The translations under genes were made by a program, and so were the position numbers. Positions 51,469-61,700 of a DNA stretch of 64,000 bases are shown here, in pieces (positions within the stretch are counted from its first letter, which is position 1; each line of letters begins with the position of its first letter). Location of the stretch: positions 87,420,001 to 87,484,000 of the forward strand of contig NC_043003.1 in assembly GCF_006345805.1 (NCBI RefSeq), in the 5' to 3' direction. Below the pieces are notes generated by a model that saw nothing but the letters and a program-made list of their open reading frames with translations, did not search any database and was not told the DNA's origin. The stretch is from Octopus sinensis (taxonomy: Eukaryota).

Positions 51469-53846
51469 GGCTCACAATGCAAACCGATACCTACACTGAT
51501 GATGTGCTAAAAATCTCCACCAAGCTTCCTCATTCTTTTTAGTCTGACATAGACAATTAAAAAAAAATTAACCCGAGCAAGCAATTAAAAACAGTTAAGC
51601 TAGATCTTCACTCTTGACTTATTCACACACCTGGGAGGAGCTAAACCGATAGAAAAAAAATTTTGCCTCGACCTTTGCAACGAACTGGAAAATGGAATAA
51701 CATTTTTAGAGCAGGGCGGATTCCGTACATAAAAAAAACAAACACTTCAAAAGTTTCCTATATTTCTTCCCAACCAGTACTCTCTAATTCAGCGTAACAT
51801 ATAGAATTGGAAAGTAAGACGGTTAAATTTTCCAAAGTAAACGAAATTATACAGCAGTGACACACTTATATCAACATAAATTAGTATGGGACTTTTAACT
51901 GCGCCAATGTATTATTCCTGCTCTTTGCTAACATTGTCCTGGATGCATAAAACTTTAAAATGCAGCATTGCTGCAAGCAGATAAATTAATATCTGATTAA
52001 ATCATTACGATTATTGCATAATGATTAAAACGTTTTTTAAAGGAAAAAGTTGAAATTTTGCAACGAGGACTAAAAAGATTGCAATAAATTGAAAGTGCAT
52101 AAAAATCATTTTAGCAAGCATAATACTTACTAATTACGAATGCGTTTTACTTTAAAAAGAAGCCTTAAATTTAAATTCAACTAAATCGTTGTGCAATATA
52201 GATTTTAGAATATTTTTTTTTAAATTGAATGAAGCAAGCAACGTAATTAGGCCGTTGATAGTTGTCAACAATTAAAACGGGGATGAATAAATAACTAGTT
52301 ATAAGATAATTAAGTTAAAGTATTTATACATTACGTCTAGATAGATAGATTGATGGCTATGCGTCTAGAAATGCAATTCGGAGTGAGTTAGGTGCTCTCT
52401 ACAGTAATGTAGAAGCAAAATGTAGCTTATGAATGGTGTGAGCTGTGACCTACCTTTCATCATGGTCAGAGGTAGTTAATTTGGTTTGCTTTGTGCGATC
52501 CTTAATTGCTTGCAGATTTATTTTTCAACAGCAGACAAACAATCCTCTTAGGTATTTCTTAAAGTTATTTCCACCATTGAAAATATGCCAAGTTTGACCC
52601 ACACACAATCAGCGCAGAAAAAAACTGATAAACTTAGCTTAGCAAATGATGCGCTTCTCTCTTTCTATCTCTCTCTCTCTCTCCTGTCAGTATTTTTGTG
52701 TTTCCCCTTCTTGAACTCTGTTCTCCGTTTCTCCTTCTCTCACTTCTTCTCTTTTTTTTTTCCCCCTCTCCTCTCACTCCACCTCTTTTTTTCTTTCGCT
52801 CACTATATTGGTTATTCTTTTTCTTTCCTTCTTCCCTTTCTCTCTTCCACTTCGTTCACACATACGAACAGATATAGACCACTTACAAATAAAACGGGAA
52901 AAAAATTAGTAGATGGACAATAGGACATTTAAAATAAAAAGATTTACTACACAAACAAGCATGAAAATTAAATTAAAATATTGCTGAAACATTAAGCTCT
53001 CAGCTCGCAGCCGGATAATGGTAGATAAAAGGGAGTGCACATCAACTGACCCACCTAGCCCCCCTCCCCCAGTTATTTGCATTATTCAGATTTTTTTATT
53101 TACTTATGCTTGTTTTTATTTTGTTATTCTTTTCTTTTTTGCTTCCGTATAAAAATTCTTGGCAGCAGGTTATTGTGAAACCGTATTGTAAAGCCTACAG
53201 CGATTGGTTACTTTGTTAGTGCAAGGCTACTTTAGATGAAACCACATTTGCTATTAGTCAATAGTTACACTAATCATAAGCGAGTTAGTAATCCCAGCTA
53301 TCTGAATGATATTTCAGAATTTTGTGACTTGTATTTCAGTCTTAATTTAAAATTTTATTGTTTTATTTTTGTATTTTTTTTTCCCCGTAGTAATGATAGA
53401 TTTTTTTTTTTTTCCTTTCGAAATTCTGAAGTAACTTAGCTAACCCGATAAACAGCTGAAAACTCAACACTTCTCTTTAAAAACCATCGACCACATGTAA
53501 AGGCGAACCGAACCCGGATGTTCCATTAAAGTCAACAACCTCCACCACCACCCGCGTCAGCTTCTTTCACTGTGCATTGCAACACAAAAAATTCTGTTAT
53601 CTTTGTTTCTCGTGTCAGTCAGAATCTCTGAAGTGACTGATTCAATATTTTGAAGTATTTAAGTTATGTCCCTTTACGTTCTAAATTTAAATCCCTCTAG
53701 TTTTTTTGTTTTTTAAATTTGTCTTGCTTTCCAAAGGTTAATAAAACATAAATACTAGTTAATTATTGATCACTATGATTGCCTATAATCTAAGTAAAAT
53801 CCAAAATTGCGTAACAGTTTATGCTTTAAGAATATATGTAAGAAAT

Positions 53847-53888
<42 letters not shown>

Positions 53889-54400
53889 AAATTTAATTTC
53901 ATTTCTCTTACTTATTTTTTACACTTTGGTTTTGTGCTGAGTTTTTACTTGAGAACACATTCTTCGTGGAAAATAGCGATTTTGACGTCTATATCTAGCA
54001 TATTGACCGTCCACTTTTAGTGGTCAGTCCTTCAAATTTTGTATGTAAAAATATTTTTATCTTCGGATTTCTTTAATATGCTAGGCCACTGGTTTTAATT
54101 GATTAATATCAATTTCTACCCTTATTCAATATATATATATATATATATATATATTCTTAAAACAGGACTGACGAGATTGTGATGTTTGTCCTTTAAAAAA
54201 GCAAGAATATTTTACACTATTTAGTCACTATCTCTCCACACACACACACATACATGCAATCATACTCCCATGCACACTTGCTCACGCATGCACTATTTCG
54301 CTTTTCATTCTTATGTCGGAAACAATTGATTCCCATGTAACGTGTGCGTATGTATATATATATATATATATATATCAAAATGCTTACGTATATGCATTAT
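48600..54400 (-). promoter_or_regulatory. CpG-retaining, repeat-poor domain: candidate promoter / 5' region of the kinase gene
   Basis: By eye, CG dinucleotides are much more frequent here than in old flanking sequence, and few SINEs are present. ETS-like CCGGATGT and CRE-like CGCGTCA occur near 53514-53560; a consensus CAG|GTGAGT donor lies at 49881 on the minus strand. Not quantified. Confidence 0.4.
49503..49518 (-). CDS. Candidate first coding segment of MAP2K3/6 (ATG GAG CAG GCA ACA C|GTAAGA)
   Basis: The phase-1 end fits the 22611 exon, giving MEQATR-PPGITLP. It was the only ATG-plus-phase-1-donor combination I found in the CpG domain; there is no homology support. Confidence 0.3.
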
Positions 54401-54747
54401 ATATTTTCATGCATGCTAACAGTAAACGAATTTAAACTATTTTAAAACTTGAAAATTTTAGCAGGACTTTCAAAATTAACATTTTTATACATGATTGCAC
54501 AAGTAAGTGAAGGCTTTGCAAAGTTCAAGCTGTCACACATACACACACGTATGTAGGTATGTTGAGGGGTGTGCCAAAGTAAATTTGATAAAAGGAGATT
54601 AGTCATATTTTGCAAGAAAAAGAAAATCCTATGCAAATAGATAATACACTTATTCTGTTGAGCCGGAAACCCGGTGGCATACATCAATTGGTTGTCATTG
54701 CACTATGCCCATGATCGGCTGCATGCACGTATGTCATAAAATAGAGA

Positions 54748-55156
54748 GGATCTTTTCCGTTTGAACGGCAGTTTTTAACATAATTTCTAGGTAACTAAAA
54801 AATTTTAAACTTCGTATACTGGTAGAATCTGTTTATAAAACATCTTTTTTTCTTTTATTGAGAAAATTCTATAGTTTGTAAGATATTTATTCGGGTTTTT
54901 TTCTTTTCAATTTCTGCAATTTCAACCAATCACTGAGGTCTATTGAGGTAAAAAAAAACATTCTGTGCCGTATGAATATGTCCCTCGTTTAAGAAACAGA
55001 TTGAGTTTATTTACATTTCTGAAGGGAAAAAAAGATACCCTACCCCCACCCCTAAAACAGATTGAAATGCAATAGATCGATACTAGGGTCATAATTATGA
55101 GTGACAATTTCATGTGACACCGCTAGAAAAAACTGCCGATCAAACCGAAAAGATCC
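54748..55156. mobile_element. Non-autonomous DNA transposon with 8-bp TSD and GG-initiated TIR (Merlin-like; superfamily uncertain)
   Basis: 29-bp TIR GGATCTTTTC(C/G)GTTTGA(A/T)CGGCAGTTTTT with 2 mismatches; perfect TSD AATAGAGA at 54740-54747 and 55157-55164. Confidence 0.8.
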
Positions 55157-55186
55157 AATAGAGATAATGCTACAAGCAAACCAACT

Positions 55187-55224
<38 letters not shown>

Positions 55225-55317
55225 ATAGTTCATATCATTTTTCACTAATCCCCCACAATTAGTAAGTCTAGGATCAAGTTTAACAACTAAGTCTTTTAAG
55301 GAATGAGTCACCTAGAC

Positions 55318-55385
55318 CAGTGATGTCCAACCCTTTTCGCACCATAGACTGATTTCATGCAAGACAAGTTTTTTCTATAGACTAG
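55318..55385. mobile_element. hAT-Charlie-like terminal fragment
   Basis: CAGTGATGTCCAACCCTTTTCGCACCATAGACTGATTTCATGCAAGACAAG resembles a Charlie/MER1-type end as I recall it; no second end was found. Confidence 0.5.
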
Positions 55386-55446
55386 GGTATCACACACCTA
55401 ACACAATAAAATGCATGATGCATAATTTAAGTATTACATATATATT

Positions 55447-55842
55447 ACATTTTTAATACATATATTAGGAGGCTGTGTGGTAAGTAGCTTGCTTATGAAC
55501 CACATGGTTCCGGGTTCAGTCTCACTGCGTGGCACCTTGGGCGAGTGTCTTCTGCTATAGCCTCGGGCCGACCAAAACCTTGTGAGTGGATTTGGTAGAC
55601 GGAAACTGAAAGAAGCCCGTCGTATATATATACATATGTGTGTATCTGTGTTTGTCCCCCCAACATCGCTTGACAACTGATGCTGGTGTTTTTACCTCCC
55701 CGTAACTTAGCGGTTCGGCAAAAGAGTCCGATAGAATAAGTACTAGGCTTACAAAGAATAAGTCCTGGGGTCGATTCGTTCGACTAAAAGGCGGTGCTCC
55801 AGCATGGCCACAGTCAAATGACTGAAACAAGTAAAAGAGTAT
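55447..55842 (+). mobile_element. Family A SINE, near full length
   Basis: Head GGCTGTGTGGTAAGTAGC, B-box GGTTCAGTCTC, core GCACCTTGGGCGAGTGTCTT, 3' end GACTGAAACAAGTAAAAGAGTA. Confidence 0.85.
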
Positions 55843-56234
55843 ATAATACAAAAACACCTTACAGACTGCAATAGTCAATAAAATAGAAATAAAACTTTTA
55901 AAATTTATTTATTTTTTGTATTCCAGTGTCAAATGATTTAAATATGTATTAAATAATGATTTAAAAGCAGTGCTAGTGTTGCAAATACTATCAACTGCAC
56001 ATAGTCAATATATATCCTTTGTTTGTTTGCCAGTTTACTGTGGTATAGCACCTGGGAGATAACTCCTCCATTACTCTGGGTGTTAAAACACCTAAAAGTC
56101 ACAGACAAGCCAAACGACTTACCTCTGATTGAATTCAGGAGTGATGGATACTGATATTTTGTCATTTCTGTGGCTTATCAGCATTATATACTTGAATCAA
56201 ACCAGGGATGAATTAAATTGTCTATGACCATATA

Positions 56235-57691
56235 TCAGGTGATTAAGAATGAAATGTCTGATTTTGAACTGAAAGTTTTAATTTACTTTATCTCAACAAA
56301 AAGCAATGCAGTTAATCAATGTATGCACCTAAATTATCAACACAATTTTGCCATTTTATTGGCAGTGAAGAATTCTGGAGAGCAAAAATGATGAAATCAC
56401 AAAAGGCTGTTTTTATATCTTCTTCAGATTTGAAGTTTTTTCCTTGCAAAAAGTTGTCTAATGCCTGGAAAACATGATAGTCAGTTGGTGCAAAGTTTGG
56501 TGAATATGGTGTATGAGAGAGTACTTCCAAGTTCAGTCCCTGTACCTTGAGTAGCGTTCATTGTGCATTGTCTTGCAAGAGAATTGGCCTGTCTCTATTG
56601 ACCAATCTTGGTTGTTTAATTGCAAATTCATTCATCATTTCATCCAATTGGTTAATGTATACATCCACTATAATTGACTTACCAGGTCTCATGAAGCTGT
56701 AGTAGGTGACACCAGTGATGGACCACCGAACAGACATTATTAGCTTTTTTGGATTGTATTTTGGAACTTCATCTCTATCCAACCACTGTGCAGAATGCTT
56801 GCTATTGTCAAAAAGAATCCTTTTTTCCATCACATATAATATGATGCAAAAATGGTCCACTTTTATGCCATGACAGCAAAGAACAGCAAGTTTCAAGACG
56901 ACCTGCCATTTGGTGCTCATTCAGTTTGTGTCGTATCCACTTGTCCAGCTTCTTTACCTTGCCAATTTGTTTCAGATGGTCCAATACAGTTGGAATTGAA
57001 GCACCAAACCTTGCTGCTAATTCACGCGTAGTTTGAGATGTATCCACTTCTACTACGGTTTCCAGCTCATCATTATCCAACTTGGTCTCAAGTCTACCAC
57101 AGGACTGATTTTCAAATGTAAAGTCACCAGACCAGAACTTCTCAAACCATCAATGTACAATGCACTCATTTACCACATAAAAAAAAATAATAATAATGAA
57201 ATTATTATATACAGTGCTCAGGTGCACCACAACTTGTCAAAAAGTGCGTATAAAGTATATACAGTAATGTACAAATGTCTGGAAAGCAAACAGTGCATGA
57301 GTCAGATACATGCTTGTGTGTGCATGGAGGGGAGAAAATCAGGTGTAGTGTTAGTGAATCTCAGGAAGCATGGAAGTCCTGAAGGATGCAGTGCTCCTTC
57401 AAACCAAACATCTCGTTGATGTTTCAAGCTGTCTGGAATGCATTGATTCCATGATGGAACTCATATTCATAAACAACATTAAATTTTAAATCTCTCCATA
57501 GGTTCACAAAAATTGATTTACAAAAGAAAACTCACAACATGATCAGACACCATGAATTGCATTTCGAAAAGTGATGATTTAACTCTTCAATGATGTAAAA
57601 CAAAGAATTGTCAGGATAAAACATTGGAGTTAACAACTGTCAAACTGGAAAGTGCATAAGAAAATCGGACATTTTATTCTTAATGACCTGA
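56235..57691 (-). mobile_element. Decayed full-length mariner (Hsmar1/cecropia-like) with an internal insertion
   Basis: TA flanks (56233-56234, 57692-57693); TIR of about 31 bp TCAGGT(G/C)ATTAAGAAT(G/A)AAATGTC(T/C)GATTTT; fragments GKVKKLDKW, LLQDNA, PYSPNFAPTDYHVF, WQNCVD; many stops and frameshifts. Confidence 0.9.
57178..57400 (-). mobile_element. Non-LTR 3' tail with (TTA)n end, inserted into the mariner transposase gene
   Basis: The transposase reads ...NINEMFG before the insert and VVNEC...WFEKF after it; the insert ends in ATTATTATTATT on the minus strand. Confidence 0.65.
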
Positions 57692-58764
57692 TACAAATAG
57701 TGTAAAAACTATTTGCTGGTAGCAACAGTGATGCATACTTAAGATTAAATTCAACAATGAATTAAAAGCAGTGCTAGTGTTGCAAACATTATTGACTGCA
57801 CATGCTCAATGTATGTGATTTGTTTATTTGCCAGTTCACTGCAGTGTAGCACCTGGGGGGTGACTCCCTCATTACACCTAAAAAAAATCATAGACAGGTG
57901 AGATAGTATTAGTATCCATCACTTCTGAATTCGATTGGAAGTGAGTTGTCTCACCTGTCTATGACTTAGGGTGTATTAACACTCAGCATAATGAGGAAGT
58001 TGTCCCCCAAGTACTATTCTGCAGCAAACAAACAAAACATATTGTTAGGAAATTATAAATTATGTTAAGTTAAACAGTAAACCGTAAAGCTTCAGCCAGA
58101 GTCCTCACAGGCAAAGCACATAAGTATAAACTCTTCTGGGAAGGTAATAGTCATGGAATAGGAGGTGTGGGCATACTTCTGGCGGAGAAATGGGTAGATA
58201 AAGTCATAGAGGTAGTGAGGGTGTGCAATAGAACACTTAAACTCAGGTTAGTCTTGCAGAATGGTATATTTCTGCTTACACCCCACACGCAGGCCTACCA
58301 AATGAACAGAAGGATCACTTTTATGATATTCTTCTGCTGGCTACCTCAAAGAGATTTTAATGGGCATGTTGGACAGCAACCTGGTATCTTCCATAGTGTA
58401 CATGGTACCAGAAATGAAGAGGGAACTAGGTTCCTGGAATTCTGCAATGCAAATAACCTATTGATCTGCAACACCAACTTCAGGAAGCCAGCTAGCCACC
58501 TGATGACCTATCAATCAGGTGACTCTGCTAGCCAGATTGATATCATTCTTACCAGACAGCAGGTGCAGGGTTGCTCTTAATTACAACGACCCTCCCTGGT
58601 GAAGAATGTACCCCCCAGTATAGACTAGTTATTAGTGACTTAGACTCGAGGCCAGAAGGATGCCAAAAAGCAGACTAATCTGGAAAAGAAGGACTTGGAA
58701 ACTTAAGAACCCTTCACATGCTCAGAGATTTAGGTATATCCTTACCGAGAAATTTGATGATAGG

Positions 58765-61700
58765 TGTTATATAATCATCACAACAAACATGAACAATCAA
58801 CGTCGCCCATTGTCTCCCTTGATAAAAGGACTTTCACTTTGTTTCCCGCCAAAACAATTAACTTGTACAACAACGGCAGTCGAATAAAGTATCTTGTATC
58901 GTTAACACGTTGTTTCAGTCTCTCTCATTTTCTTAATCTTTCATACTAAGTACTCACTACCTTTAATACTCAATACATTATATATATATAACAACAACAT
59001 GGTGTCAGAATACTAAAAGAACCCAAAATACAGAAACCAAAGGAAAAAAGAAGTTGAAATCATACTTCAAAGACGAAATGGAAAATTTACCGCATCCAAA
59101 AGACCTAGACTTTAATCAGGAAAATCTAGCCGCAGCATGGAAAAAGTGGAAAAAAGAATTCAATCTCTTTTTGATAGCAACAGAAAGTGACATGAAGCCA
59201 GACAAAGTAAAAACTTCAATGTTTTTAACTTGCATCGGTTCTAAAGGCCGAGATATCCATTCCACACTGGATTTCGATTCACCCGACGAAGAAATGAACC
59301 TTCAGACAGTAATCGAAAAATTCGATGCATATTGTGAACCCAGGAAAAACATAACTTTCCTAAGACACAAATTCTTCACATGTGGACAAGCGGAACATCA
59401 AAAATTCGATGAGTACGTAGTAGAGTTGCGCCAAAAGGCACAACAGTGCGAATTCGGCAACCTCACAGACAGTCTCACCAAAGATATTCTGATATGTGGA
59501 ATCAGAGACATGAGATTAAGAGAAAGATTATTGAGAGAACCAAATTTAGACCTACAAAAAACAATTCAAGCAGGTCAGAGTGCAGAGCAAACACGACTCC
59601 AATCAAGGATGCTAAATGCCACATCCGAAACAAGAGATAACGAAATCTCGAGAGTATATAGTCAACACGACAGAAAAGGCGCCAAAACCCAAATAACCCG
59701 CCATATGCAATCCAGACATCAAAACGAACAAGGCGGAAGTGACAGAAAGCCCGCGAAGTTTCAAGCGCCAAGTCAACACTACGTCACTAACTGTCACTAT
59801 TGTGGTTATAATCACAAAAGAAATAAATGCCCAGCATTTCACAAGACATGTGAAAAATGCAAGAAACAAGGACACTATGCAAAAATGTGCAAATCAAGAA
59901 AATTTGTACATAAAGTAGAGATACATACCGACGATGAATCAGATGACGATACACATGCACTCGAAATGATCACTGCAAATAATTCCCGCGTGCACAAAAT
60001 TGAAAAGTTCAAGACTCCAAAAGACATTTGGACGGTCGAACTAAAAGTGAACAACTCGAATGTAACATTCAAAATAGATACAGGAGCAGACGTAACCGTA
60101 CTGCCATTCAGAGAATATAGAAATATAATTCCAAAACCACAACTGCAAAAAACTTCAACTCGATTATCAGCTTATAATAACACAGCTATAAAAGTGCTAG
60201 GAAAATGCACAGCAGTCATTAAATACAAAGAATTATCAAAGCAAATAAAATTCATTGTTGCAAAAACAAACTCGCACGCAGTTATAGATGCAAAGACAGC
60301 TAAAGATCTGAACCTGATTCAGAGAATTTCAAAAATAAATTCGTCGAACACAGACGACATATTAGAAAAATATGAAGACTGTTTCGGAGAAATCGGCACT
60401 TTGTCAATAACACATCATATCACAGTGGATCCACAAATAACTCCTGTAATTCATCCACCAAGATCGGTTCCTTTTTCTATAAAAGAAAAACTCAACAAAG
60501 AATTAAAAAGAATGACAGAATTAGATATCATAAAACCTGTTAGTGAACCTACAGACTGGGTAAATTCCCTAGTCATCGTTGAAAAAGCCAACGGAAAACT
60601 CCGACTCTGTTTAGACCCCAAGAATCTAAACAAAGCCATAAAAAGGCAACATTTCAAACTCCCTACAGCGGAGGACATTTTTGCACAAATGCATAACCCT
60701 AAATATTTTTCAAAACTCGATGCATCTAATGGATACTGGCAAATTCCAGTTGACGAAGAAAGCTCCCATCTTTTAACGTTCAACACACCTTTTGGAAGGT
60801 ATCGCTTCACACGACTACCCTTTGGAATTCACAGCGCCAGTGAAGTTTTCCAAAAAGAAATTTCAAAAATAATAGAGGGCATAGAAGGAGCAAGAAATTC
60901 ACAGGATGACATCATAATCTGGTCCAACACTTTAGAAGAACACACAAATAGACTACAACAAGTTTTCGATCGAATCCGAAAGCACGGATTAAAGTTAAAT
61001 AAATCAAAGTGTATCTTCTATGAATCACAAATCAAGTACCTTGGGCATATATTAACCAGCAAAGGGATAAAACAAGATCCAACCAAGGTACAAGCAATCA
61101 TTCACATGCCACTGCCAACAAGTAAAAAAGAATTACAAAGATTCCTAGGTATGACAAATTACCTATGTAAATTTTTATCTAATTACTCCGAAGTCACAGC
61201 ACCATTGCGCCAGCTTCTACAGAGTGACACGTTATGGTCATTCGACAAACCACAAATCGAAGCAATAAAAAAGCTAAAAGAAATGATTACCAGAAAACCA
61301 GTGCTACAATTTTATGATCCAGATCTACCAATAAAAATAACTACAGATGCTAGTAAGCATGGGCTCGGAGCGATACTTGAGCAGAAACACAACGAAAGAT
61401 GGCTACCTGTTTCGTTTGCATCTCGTGCAACAACTCAAGCGGAACAAAACTACTGTCCGATAGAGAGCGAAGCTCTCAGTATAGTTTTCGCATGCAAGAA
61501 ATTTCATCAGTTTATATACGGAACTCATTTCAGAATCGAAAATGACCATAAACCGTTGAAGCAAATATTCAAAAAATCGATCACTAAATGCCCCCCCAGA
61601 ATCCAAAGATTTCTACTAACATTACAAAGATATGATTTTGACCTAAACCACATACCTGGTAAAGAATCAATTGTTGCAGATACCCTATCACGTGCATACC

